Assembly (NCBI GenBank): GCA_965215335.1
Contig: CBDCDA010000002.1
Coordinates: forward strand, 736,001-800,000
Reading direction: 5' to 3'
From: an uncultured Candidatus Entotheonella sp.
GTDB taxonomy: Bacteria; Tectomicrobia; Entotheonellia; Entotheonellales; Entotheonellaceae
DNA: 64,000 nucleotides
Under the pieces are notes generated by a model. The model worked only from the letters and a program-made list of their open reading frames with translations. It ran no database searches and was not told the origin of the DNA. The position numbers were made by a program, and so were the translations under genes. Each line of letters opens with the position of its first letter. The first letter of the stretch is position 1. This document shows positions 1-8,437 of this stretch, in pieces.

Positions 1-80
1 TTCTCCACGCCAAGAAAACGCTCGTCCACGCGCTTCACGAACTCCTCGAAGTGCTCCTTCCTGACGAATTCTTCAGCCAC
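1..80 (-). CDS. Coiled-coil membrane-anchored paralogue, array A copy 3 (5' part; runs off window)
   Basis: GTG at 80 with the same leader/RBS (GAGGAG) and same N-terminus VAEEFVRKEHFEEFVKR as the copies at 179-475 and 580-864. Confidence 0.75.
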   Translation of the reverse strand, partial: MAEEFVRKEHFEEFVKRVDERFLGVE

Positions 81-178
81 GTTGCTGCTCCTCATCAGAG
101 CGGACCGGACGGCCGCGGCCCACCCTGAAACCAGGTGGACAGGGCTGCTGGCCCCGGTCGTCGATCCCTGTACGGGGA

Positions 179-475
179 TCAACTGAAAAAGAACACCTTC
201 ACCATGACCCCAATAGCAGCAGCCACGATGGTGCTCAACATCAGCAGGATGATCCTGCGCTGGTCGTCAAACCGTTTCTCCAGGCCGTCGAAGCGCTGAA
301 TCACGCTCCGGTTCATGTCGTCGAAGCGCTGGTTGAGGTACACGAAGTTCTGTTCCCGAGCCTTCTCGGCGTGCGCAAAACCCTGCTCCATCCGCTTCTC
401 CACGCCAAGAAAACGCTCGTCCATCCGCTTCACGAACTCCTCGAAGTGCTCCTTCCTGACGAATTCTTCAGCCAC
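179..475 (-). CDS. Small coiled-coil protein with C-terminal TM helix (CCDC90/DUF1640/Bdr-like architecture), array A copy 2
   Basis: GTG after GAGGAG; heptad/hendecad RFD-rich stalk; hydrophobic end IILLMLSTIVAAAIGVMVKVFFFS. Confidence 0.8.
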   Translation of the reverse strand: MAEEFVRKEHFEEFVKRMDERFLGVEKRMEQGFAHAEKAREQNFVYLNQRFDDMNRSVIQRFDGLEKRFDDQRRIILLMLSTIVAAAIGVMVKVFFFS

Positions 476-579
476 GTTGCTGCTCCTCATCAGAGCGGAC
501 CGGATGGCCGCGGCCCCGGCCCACCCTGAAACCAGGTGGACAGGGCTGCTGGCCCCGGTCGTCGATCCCTGTACGGGGA

Positions 580-864
580 TCAACTGAAAAAGAACACCTT
601 CACCATGGCCCCAATAGCAGCAGCCACGATGGTGCTCAACATCAGCAGGATGATCCTGCGCTGGTCGTCAAACCGTTTCTCCAGGCCGTCGAAGCGCTGG
701 TTGAGATGAACAAGGTTCTGTTCCCGTGCCTTCTCGGCATCCGCCAACCGCTGATTCATGCTGTCGTAGCGCTGGTCGGCAAGCTCGTTCACATGAGCAA
801 AACCCTGCTCCATGCGCTTCACGAACTCCTCGAAGTGCTCCTTCCTGACGAATTCTTCAGCCAC
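580..864 (-). CDS. Small coiled-coil protein with C-terminal TM helix, array A copy 1
   Basis: Paralogue of 179-475 with different internal 11/18-aa modules. Confidence 0.8.
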   Translation of the reverse strand: MAEEFVRKEHFEEFVKRMEQGFAHVNELADQRYDSMNQRLADAEKAREQNLVHLNQRFDGLEKRFDDQRRIILLMLSTIVAAAIGAMVKVFFFS

Positions 865-1044
865 GTTGCTGCTCCTCATCAGAGCGGACCGGACGGCCGC
901 GGCCCCGGCCCACCCTGAAACCAGGTGGACAGGGCTGCTGGCCCCGGTCGTCGATCCCTGTACGGGGATCAACTGAAAAAGAACACCTTCACCATCAAGG
1001 GATTTCGAGGGCAAGCCAAAGGCCGGCCCCCTGATCTCCGCAAC

Positions 1045-1422
1045 TCAGGACGAGACCTCGTCGTTACCGGCGACTTCGTCGCCATTCCTGTTGCCGCGCG
1101 GCAGAAAATTCACGCGCTCGGCAACCACGTCCACCCTGGAACGCTTGCCGCCGTCTTCGGCGTCCCACGTCTGATAGCGCAGCCGACCTTCGACCAGGAC
1201 CTTGCGGCCTTTGTCGAGGTACTTCGCCACGGCTTCGGCCATGGAACCGAAGACGGTCACGTCCAGAAAGTGCACTTCTTCCTTGAACTCGTCATTTCCT
1301 GCGCGGTACCGGCGATTGCTCGCCAGCCCCATGCTTGCCACGGCAACACCCTTGGGGGTGTAATTCAACTCCGGATCACGAGTCAGATTGCCAGTCATCA
1401 CGACGACGTTGGTGTCCGACAT
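1045..1422 (-). CDS. ssb: Single-stranded DNA-binding protein
   Basis: NVVVMTGNLTRDPELNYTP...VEGRLRYQTW OB-fold signature; short, lacks the DDDIPF tail. Confidence 0.95.
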   Translation of the reverse strand: MSDTNVVVMTGNLTRDPELNYTPKGVAVASMGLASNRRYRAGNDEFKEEVHFLDVTVFGSMAEAVAKYLDKGRKVLVEGRLRYQTWDAEDGGKRSRVDVVAERVNFLPRGNRNGDEVAGNDEVSS

Positions 1423-1595
1423 GGTACTTCTCCTTCAGCTTTGGGGCGCACGGATGGCGCCGGTGGATCGGCCGCCCGAGGCGGCCAGATGGACTTCCGC
1501 ATGGAATCGGCCGCCGTAAAAGCAGCCGGAGATCTGACTGCGCAAGGCAGCCGGGACGACGTGAGACGGGTATTCCTACTCCGGGTGGCCGCGAG

Positions 1596-2135
1596 AGACT
1601 CACGACCGGCAGGTATTCCGGGCAGTCGCGAGAAGACTCACGACCGGCAGGTATTCCGGGCAGTCGCGAGAAGACTCACGACCTGCCTATACTTCCTACT
1701 CCGGGCAGTCGCGAGAAGACTCACGACCTGCCTGTACTTCCTACTCCGGGCAGCCGCGAGAGACTCACGACCTGCCTGTACTTCCTACTCCGGGCAGTCG
1801 CGAGAAGACTCACGACCTGCCTGTACTTCCTACTCCGGGCAGCCGCGAGAAGACTCACGACCTGCCTGTACTTCCTACTCCGGGCGGTCGCAAGAAGACT
1901 CACGACCTGCCTGTACTTCCTACTCCGGGCAGCCGCGAGAAGACTCACGACCTGCCTATACTTCCTACTCCGGGCAGCCGCGAGAGACTCACGACCTGCC
2001 TGTACTTCCTACTCCGGGCAGCCGCGAGAGACTCACGACCTGCCTGTACTTCCTACTCCGGGCAGCCGCGAGAAGACTCACGACCTGCCTGTACTTCCTA
2101 CTCCGGGCAGCCGCGAGAAGACTCACGACCTGCCT
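1596..2135. repeat. Tandem direct repeat: two 38-bp units, ten 44/45-bp units and a partial unit (iteron-like)
   Basis: AGACTCACGACC at 1596, 1634, 1672, 1717, 1761, 1806, 1851, 1896, 1941, 1985, 2029, 2074, 2119; no unique spacers. Confidence 0.95.
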
Positions 2136-2322
2136 CTGCTTCGGGTGGCTGCGAAACGTCGCCACCGGGTGTCCAAGAAAGCCGGTAAAACTCGGACGAT
2201 GCGGGATGCGGCCGGCTTTTTTCTCAGGAAAGAAACCCCGTGAAAACTTCCTGGATGCGGGATGTGGTCGGGGTTTTTTGTCAAGGCGTCCTGCGTACAC
2301 CAATCCACGAGAAATGGCAAGC

Positions 2323-2358
2323 AAAAAAAGGGCTGGTTCCAGAGAAAGGAACCAGCCC
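2323..2358 (-). terminator. Intrinsic terminator of the tra operon
   Basis: Perfect 11-bp stem GGGCTGGTTCC/GGAACCAGCCC followed by T7 on the minus strand, just downstream of the ORF ending at 2394. Confidence 0.8.
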
Positions 2359-2393
2359 GCCAGAATGCCGATTTCCTGCCGGTTCAGGTGCGT

Positions 2394-3185
2394 TCATGCC
2401 ACCTCGCGCTTGCAGTAGGCGATGATGCCGTCCAGGTCCTTGCCGATACCGGCCAGGCCGTCTTCCAGTCCAAGGTAATAGTCCTGCAGCGTCTTGCCGT
2501 CGCCGGACATGACGTGGGACAACGTGGCGTCCTCCAGACGCCGCAGCGCATGATTGAGCGAATAGACCAGCTCGCTCAGGAAACGGCCGAGGAACGGCGA
2601 CGGCTGAAACGCCACGCAGCCCTGGTCGCGACCAAATGCCGTCAGGATGCCCTGGCTGAACTGACGCTGCCGCAAGGCGCCGAAAACGTCCCTGCCGGCC
2701 GTCCCGGCAGCCGCCGCGGCAACGTGGCCGTCCGGCGAGCCCGGGCGCCCTTCGGCAGCCGCCTCGTCCGACCTGTCCGCCGTCGTGAACTCGACGCTCT
2801 CCAGGGCCTCCCGGAAGCGCCCCCCGACCCCCTTGTTGCAATACGCCGTCAGGACGAGCAGCCTGCCGCGTGTTGCCTCCACGAGCTCGTCCAGTCCCGC
2901 ATAGTGCGCCCGCAGCCTGGCAATCCCGACCGATGCGATGAGCTCCGGTCCCTGGCTGCGGACCTCGCCCAGGACGTCGTTCAATCGCAACACCCGGTCG
3001 CCGAGCATGCGGGTGAAGCAGGCCGCTGGCTGGAACACCAGGTAATCGTTCTGACTCCCCATGTTGCTCAACAGGCCACGTATCCAGTCGCGCCGCCGCC
3101 GGCCGACGAACGGGCCGCCGCCGTCGCGTCCAGGCCCCTCGTGGTTCACGGACCTGCCAGAAGCGTCAGTCCGTACGATTTCCAT
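2394..3185 (-). CDS. Hypothetical protein (last gene of tra operon)
   Basis: 263-aa ORF overlapping the upstream gene and followed by a terminator; start uncertain. Confidence 0.7.
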   Translation of the reverse strand: MEIVRTDASGRSVNHEGPGRDGGGPFVGRRRRDWIRGLLSNMGSQNDYLVFQPAACFTRMLGDRVLRLNDVLGEVRSQGPELIASVGIARLRAHYAGLDELVEATRGRLLVLTAYCNKGVGGRFREALESVEFTTADRSDEAAAEGRPGSPDGHVAAAAAGTAGRDVFGALRQRQFSQGILTAFGRDQGCVAFQPSPFLGRFLSELVYSLNHALRRLEDATLSHVMSGDGKTLQDYYLGLEDGLAGIGKDLDGIIAYCKREVA

Positions 3186-4230
3186 CGACGTTCTCCCTTT
3201 TCAAGGTAACGGTGCCGTCGAAGAGCGGCGCCGTGGGCCGCCCGGGCAACTTGCCGGACAAGACCGGCAATCCCTTCAACTCGAGCGGCGCCTCCCAGAC
3301 TCCCGAATCAACCTCATGGACCCGTGCCGCCTTGCCCGCCCCGCTGGCCTCCACGCCAGCCAGACAACTCCCTGAACGAAGCGCCTCGAACACCGCGTGG
3401 CGCGTCAGGTCGTGCCGACGGTCTCGCGAACGCCTGCGAAGCAGCTCCGTCACGCAGTCCAGGCCCACCGGCGTCGTCAGAAACCAGACCGCCGGCGTCA
3501 CGAACACGTGCCCCCTCACCCGCGTGTTCACCCGCACCTCCTGGCGCGTCACCGCCTGCGCCAGCGCCTCCAGGAACACACCCGCGATATCCACGGGTTC
3601 AGCTCGATCAACACCCTGTCCGGCGTCGCCGAGCATCGTCCCGAAAAGCCCCCGCTGGCCGTCCGGGCGCAGGTAGTCGAACACCTCCTGCGCCACCACC
3701 GGCGTCAACTCCTCCACCACCTCTTTCCGGCGCAGGAAAAACGCCGCCAGCGTCAGCACCCGACCGGCGTGCGGCGGCGATTCCCGCCAGGTGATTTCCG
3801 GCTCGCCGCCGTGGTCGTCCAGGAAATCGGGCAGCGACCTGTAGAACGGCTCCCAGGCCACCCCGTTCACGCTGACCCGCGCCGCGCACAGCCGCGGCAA
3901 CAGGTATTTCAGGCCGCCCGCGAAGAACAGCCCCAGCCGCACGCGCGCCTCGAAGCCTTGCCGCGCGCGCCGGCCGGCAGGCGCCAGGCGCTCCCACAAG
4001 CGCGTCTTGTCCACCGCCGAAGCCGCCGCGCAACCCGCCGCCACGCAACCCGCCGCCAGCGTCGTCGAGCCTTCCGGCGCCGCCAGATCCCCGCAGCACA
4101 GCACCACCCGGCCCACGAAACCCTCCCAACCCGCGCGCGCCGGCAACACCGCCGCGAGCGCCTCGAGATCAGGACCCGTCGCCGCCGAAGACGGCCCCGA
4201 CGAACCGCCTTTACGACCCCGTCCGAACAT
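3166..4230 (-). CDS. MobH/TraI_2-like relaxase homologue, catalytic motifs degenerate
   Basis: LFFAGGLKYL...VSVNGVAWEPF resembles the MobH A-L-L-H-D-I-G-K...W-x-P-F block; VNTRVRGHVFVTPAVWFLTTP resembles the TraI_2 C-terminal domain; lies downstream of traD. Confidence 0.55.
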   Translation of the reverse strand: MFGRGRKGGSSGPSSAATGPDLEALAAVLPARAGWEGFVGRVVLCCGDLAAPEGSTTLAAGCVAAGCAAASAVDKTRLWERLAPAGRRARQGFEARVRLGLFFAGGLKYLLPRLCAARVSVNGVAWEPFYRSLPDFLDDHGGEPEITWRESPPHAGRVLTLAAFFLRRKEVVEELTPVVAQEVFDYLRPDGQRGLFGTMLGDAGQGVDRAEPVDIAGVFLEALAQAVTRQEVRVNTRVRGHVFVTPAVWFLTTPVGLDCVTELLRRRSRDRRHDLTRHAVFEALRSGSCLAGVEASGAGKAARVHEVDSGVWEAPLELKGLPVLSGKLPGRPTAPLFDGTVTLKRENVDGNRTD

Positions 4231-4718
4231 CACTCCGACTCCACCGGGTCGCCAGCCGCCTGCGGTTCCTCGCCCGCTTGCCGGATGAGCGCCTGCACCA
4301 CCCGGAGCCGCGCCGCGCGCCGCGCATGCCAGCGCACGTAGCGCCGCGCGTTCTCCAGCGTCGGATCGGAAAGCAGAAGACGAAACAACGGCGGCGCGTC
4401 CGGCGCCAGACTCTCCCTCGGAAACAGGATCAGTTCCTCCGGCGTCAACCCCTGCCCGGCGCCCGCTTCGGCTTCCGGCTCGCCCGCCTCGTCGGAGGGC
4501 GCCGCCCGCGCCCGTTCCTCGACCGGCGACCGCGCCGCGGCCACGGGCTCGCGTGTTTCCCGCTCGCGCAGCTGCGGGCAGTCGGTATCGAAATAGTTGA
4601 CGTAGGGACACTCGAAGTACGGACTGACCACGCCCCTGTCCACGTCCTGGCCCGACGCCGCGGCACTCAGCCCGAACAGCCCCAGGGCCAGCAAGACCCG
4701 CCCATGCCGTCGCCTCAT
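4230..4718 (-). CDS. Secreted TraF-N-terminal-like protein
   Basis: Signal peptide; DPTLENARRYVRW resembles the TraF PTxENVxxY motif; no thioredoxin domain. Confidence 0.5.
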   Translation of the reverse strand: MRRRHGRVLLALGLFGLSAAASGQDVDRGVVSPYFECPYVNYFDTDCPQLRERETREPVAAARSPVEERARAAPSDEAGEPEAEAGAGQGLTPEELILFPRESLAPDAPPLFRLLLSDPTLENARRYVRWHARRAARLRVVQALIRQAGEEPQAAGDPVESE

Positions 4719-4752
4719 GATCCGCCGCCTCCCGATGAATGCGCCCACCCGC

Positions 4753-6720
4753 TCAGCACGCCAGCCACGTCGCCCCCGCCGCCACCGCTTCCCGGTCGTC
4801 CTCCGTCCTGCCGTTGCGACCCGGCGGCGCCTCCGGGATGCCCCCGCAGACCGGCTCGACGGCACGCCCGCGCCCGGCTCCGCTTTCCTGAAGCTCGCCC
4901 AGGACCTCCCCCAACTCGTACCGCTCGGCTACCGCGCGCCGTTCTTCCCTGGAAACGGGCCGCAACAGCGGCACCCGAACCTTCCAGTTCTCGCCCCGCA
5001 ACCGCAACAGGAACTCGCCCCTCGGCATCGCCGTCAGCCATTCCGCCCGAATCAGCGGCTTTTCCACCCGCGACAGCCGCGCGCTGGTGTTGCCCACCAG
5101 GCCGCCGACGCCGCCGAAGCTCAGGCTGTGACCCGCCTCCTCGAACTCCACGTGGGTGAACCCCAGGCCCTCGGTCGCCACCTTCGCCGTGCGGTCGTCC
5201 GTCAACCGGAACCAGATGCGCGTGTTCAGGTTGTCCAGAACCCGCTGCGCCCCGTCGCGACCCATCGCCGACTCCGGGTCCGCCAGACTCTGCATCGCCA
5301 GCAGGAAGCGCGCCTTCGCGCCGCCACCCTTGTTCAGGGCGTCGATGAAGCCGGGGTAGGCGATGTTGCTGAACTCGTCCAGCAGGATCGTCATCGGCGC
5401 CATCGTGACCGGATCGTCGTAGGCATAACGCCGCCCCAGAAAGCCGATCAGGTCCTGCAGGATCACCCGACCGATGCGGTTCGACACCTCCCCGAACATC
5501 AGGCTGCTCATCGAGAAGTACGCCACCATGCCGCGACCGTCGCCGCCGTCCACCATCTTCTGCCAGCTCAGGTCCGGCGGAATCGTCGACAGCAGCCGCC
5601 CCATGTCGCCGCCGGTGACGCCGCGAAACGCCGGCGTCAGGTTCGCCGTCACCTTCTGGAAGTGCTCGCGCGGCTTGTCGTGGTCGTCGATCAGCGCGTC
5701 CGCCAGCAGGTCGCGTCTGCCACAGCGGGCGTATTGCGCCTTCAGTTCCTGGAGCGGCGCAATCTCGTCGCCGCCACGCTCGAACACCACCCGGTGCAGG
5801 TACCTGGCGATCAGGTCTTCGAGCGGCGGCACCAGGGTGGTGACCGCATTGAGCCCCTCGATGCTCCACTTGTCGCCCACCGCCGCCTGCGCCGCACCCA
5901 GGCGCTCGATGATCGCCAGCGGGTATTCGGTGAAGAACGGGTCCCGGGCCATCGCGCCGCCGCCCGGCATCAGCGCCTGCACCCGCGCCGCCAGTTCGGT
6001 GGTGGTCTCGCACGTCGAAAACGGGTTGAAGCTCTTCGAGGCGCGCGGAAACGCCGGGCTGAAGAAGCGGAACTCGCGCCCCAGGCGACGCGCCTGCGAC
6101 GCCGCCCGGACGAGCAGGTCGGCGTCGCCCTTGGGATCGATGATCACCACCGTGCCCGGCGCCCGGATCGCTTCGCAGACGATCACCTCCAGCAAGCGCG
6201 TCTTGCCGCTTCGCGTCGTGCCGCCGATGAGCACGTGCCCGACCAGCTCGCTGAACGGCAGCACCACCGGGCGCTCCTGCGCCATCCCCACGGCGTGCAG
6301 CGCCGGGTAGCCGCCGCGCGCGTCGGTGCCCGTCGGCAACGGCCTGGCGCCGTCGCGCATGAAGCTTTCGAGGTCCTGGGTGTGCTGCGGCGTCCACTGG
6401 AATCCCCGCCCGATCAGAATGCCCTTGTCTTTCGCCGGCACGAGGCACCGCGGCAGCCGGCCCGTGCGACGTTCTTCGCGCGGCAGATCCGCCGCCTCGA
6501 TGACCCACGGCGGCGACCGCCTCCAGCCGCCCCACCACGCCCGCGCCCGCAACACCATGACGAGCCGCGCGAAGACCCAGAACCCGGCGATCCCCGCCGC
6601 GATGCTCACGAGCCGCTCGTCCAGGACGAACCCCAGGTCGGCCACCGGCGCCAGGGCCACGACACTGGCCAGCACCGCGAACGACAGGAAACCGGCTTCC
6701 CTTCCGGGCGCCAGTCTCAA
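4753..6720 (-). CDS. traD: Type IV coupling protein TraD
   Basis: Two N-terminal TMs, Walker A GTTRSGKT, IIDPKGD, LLDEFSN...ALNKGGGA...QSLAD; TTG start overlaps the upstream TGA. Confidence 0.92.
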   Translation of the reverse strand: MRLAPGREAGFLSFAVLASVVALAPVADLGFVLDERLVSIAAGIAGFWVFARLVMVLRARAWWGGWRRSPPWVIEAADLPREERRTGRLPRCLVPAKDKGILIGRGFQWTPQHTQDLESFMRDGARPLPTGTDARGGYPALHAVGMAQERPVVLPFSELVGHVLIGGTTRSGKTRLLEVIVCEAIRAPGTVVIIDPKGDADLLVRAASQARRLGREFRFFSPAFPRASKSFNPFSTCETTTELAARVQALMPGGGAMARDPFFTEYPLAIIERLGAAQAAVGDKWSIEGLNAVTTLVPPLEDLIARYLHRVVFERGGDEIAPLQELKAQYARCGRRDLLADALIDDHDKPREHFQKVTANLTPAFRGVTGGDMGRLLSTIPPDLSWQKMVDGGDGRGMVAYFSMSSLMFGEVSNRIGRVILQDLIGFLGRRYAYDDPVTMAPMTILLDEFSNIAYPGFIDALNKGGGAKARFLLAMQSLADPESAMGRDGAQRVLDNLNTRIWFRLTDDRTAKVATEGLGFTHVEFEEAGHSLSFGGVGGLVGNTSARLSRVEKPLIRAEWLTAMPRGEFLLRLRGENWKVRVPLLRPVSREERRAVAERYELGEVLGELQESGAGRGRAVEPVCGGIPEAPPGRNGRTEDDREAVAAGATWLAC

Positions 6721-7187
6721 GGCTGCGCCTTCCCGCGCCGGCCCTCTTTCAGGAAGCGCGCCGTCAGGCGTACCGTCAACGGGTAGCGAAAGCGCCCGCC
6801 GGCACGCGCCCGCCGCCCGGCAAGAACCGGCAGCACGACCAGGCCGGCCCCGATCGCCAGGACGTAGAGCGCCACCAGGGCGAGGACCCACAGGCCGACC
6901 CCGGACAGTTCCATCGCGCCGTCGCGAATGGCCGCGACGAACGCCGTCGCCAGCAGCGCCGCCATCACCTCGTGGACCAGCAGGTTCAACTGGAAGTTGA
7001 GGGCCGACCAGGCATGATGCCGCACGAAATCGGAGTCCTTCCTGAGCACGCCCACCAGCAGCGGCGCGAGCACGCTGCCGAACGGAATGAGCAGGCCGCT
7101 GAAGGCCAGCAGGTGCGCCAGCATGCCCCAGGTCTTTTCGTCCGGCGTCAAGTCCGGCGTGTCGGCCGCGGTCTCCGTCGTCATCAT
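6717..7187 (-). CDS. DUF4870-family membrane protein
   Basis: EKTWGMLAHL...FVRHHAWSALNFQ...FRYPL. Confidence 0.8.
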   Translation of the reverse strand: MMTTETAADTPDLTPDEKTWGMLAHLLAFSGLLIPFGSVLAPLLVGVLRKDSDFVRHHAWSALNFQLNLLVHEVMAALLATAFVAAIRDGAMELSGVGLWVLALVALYVLAIGAGLVVLPVLAGRRARAGGRFRYPLTVRLTARFLKEGRRGKAQP

Positions 7188-7567
7188 GTTCCACCTCCTC
7201 CGTGCCCCTGTTTCACGAATTGCACGCACAGGCGATACTCGTAATACGCCCCGGCCTTCGCCCGCCGCGCCGCCCGGATGATCGACACCGTCTCGAACAA
7301 AGCCGACGCCACCAGCAGGGTCAGGCCGAACACCGCGTAGACGTACACGTAACCGATGCCGATCCCGTAACAGATCAGCATGGTGATCTGGAAGTTGATC
7401 GACGCCCGCGCGTGCATCGCCACGTAGAGCGATTCGCGCTTCCACCACCACAGGGCCAGCGGCACCACGAGGCCGCCGAAGGGAATCAGCCCGGCCCAGA
7501 TCGGCGCCGCGTGCGTCAGGGCGCCGTAGTTCCGCTCCGCCGCCGTGCTCTGAATGACCGGCCTCAT
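7184..7567 (-). CDS. DUF4870-family membrane protein (second paralogue)
   Basis: ERNYGALTH...MHARASINFQIT...YYEY. Confidence 0.75.
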   Translation of the reverse strand: MRPVIQSTAAERNYGALTHAAPIWAGLIPFGGLVVPLALWWWKRESLYVAMHARASINFQITMLICYGIGIGYVYVYAVFGLTLLVASALFETVSIIRAARRAKAGAYYEYRLCVQFVKQGHGGGGT

Positions 7568-8223
7568 GCCCCGATCCCCAGGGCCGCCCCGATCAGCCCG
7601 ACCCCTGCCCACCCGACGGCGGACACCGACGCCAGCATGACGAAGGCCGTCCGCGAAATGCGCCCGCGAGCACGCACCACCGCCCACGCGATGAAGCCAC
7701 AACCAAGCGGCACGGCCAGGGGGAACACCAGACCGAAGGTCAGCGGAAAGGACACGATCCCGATGACGATCCCCGCCCCGACAAGAGCCGCGTCCGTGCC
7801 CGTCAGCAGGCTCGCCGCCGCAAAACCCCCGAACCCCGTCAGCGCAGAAAGGGTCAGGCAGGCCAGCGCCGCGGCCTCCGCCGTCGCCAGGAGATGCCTC
7901 CGCCGCGTCCGGGGGTCGAGCAGCGCCGCAGCGCCGGGAAGACCATTCACCAGCGCCACCCCGCCCAGGACGACGTTCAGCAGCCACGGGCCGGCGCGCA
8001 TCCCGCTGCCCCACGCCCACCACAGGCTGAACCACGAAGCCGCGAACAGCGCCAGCCAGCTGACCGCCGCGAGGCGGCCCCACGCCGGCCAGCAAACCCC
8101 CAGAAAGCCCTCCGCCGCGCCGTCCGGCGGAGGATTCCCTTCGCCCTCCGCAGCCGGCGCCGTCCCGAACAGGTCCGCGTCCGGCCACCACCAGGGCATC
8201 AGCCAACCAGGCCAGCGAGCCAT
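7564..8223 (-). CDS. Multi-pass membrane protein
   Basis: Several hydrophobic helices; translationally coupled to neighbours. Confidence 0.6.
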   Translation of the reverse strand: MARWPGWLMPWWWPDADLFGTAPAAEGEGNPPPDGAAEGFLGVCWPAWGRLAAVSWLALFAASWFSLWWAWGSGMRAGPWLLNVVLGGVALVNGLPGAAALLDPRTRRRHLLATAEAAALACLTLSALTGFGGFAAASLLTGTDAALVGAGIVIGIVSFPLTFGLVFPLAVPLGCGFIAWAVVRARGRISRTAFVMLASVSAVGWAGVGLIGAALGIGA

Positions 8224-8429
8224 CAGCGCCTCCGCCTTCTCCCCGAGCGCACCCGCGTCAGGCCGGCCAGCAATTCGATCATCCAGAAGCCGCAGAACAG
8301 GCAGGCCGCGACCCATACCCAGGGCGCCATGCCGGACAGAAACGCCGACACCAGGACCGCCAGCTCCTCCGACCCGGCACGCAGGGCCGTCGCCAGCGCC
8401 GCCAACTCGTTCTTCATGGCTTCGACCAT
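8223..8429 (-). CDS. Small membrane protein
   Basis: 68 aa, hydrophobic core, basic tail, operon context. Confidence 0.55.
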   Translation of the reverse strand: MVEAMKNELAALATALRAGSEELAVLVSAFLSGMAPWVWVAACLFCGFWMIELLAGLTRVRSGRRRRR

Positions 8430-8437
8430 CCCTCACC

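Larger units (their letters stand above)
1..995. repeat. Tandem gene-sized repeat (units of 401 and 389 bp)
   Basis: TCAACTGAAAAAGAACACCTTCACCAT recurs at 179, 580 and 969; near-identical ~100-bp intergenic segments. Confidence 0.95.

Noticed and set aside
969..995. att core of the ICE (left end)
   Set aside because: No matching 27-mer near the integrase end (27467-27648).
1596..2135. CRISPR array
   Set aside because: Units are contiguous with no unique spacers, and no cas genes are present in the window.
925..2418. 497-aa and 302-aa plus-strand ORFs with repeated peptides
   Set aside because: Read-through of the tandem repeat and antisense to ssb; 44/45-bp unit variation shifts frames.
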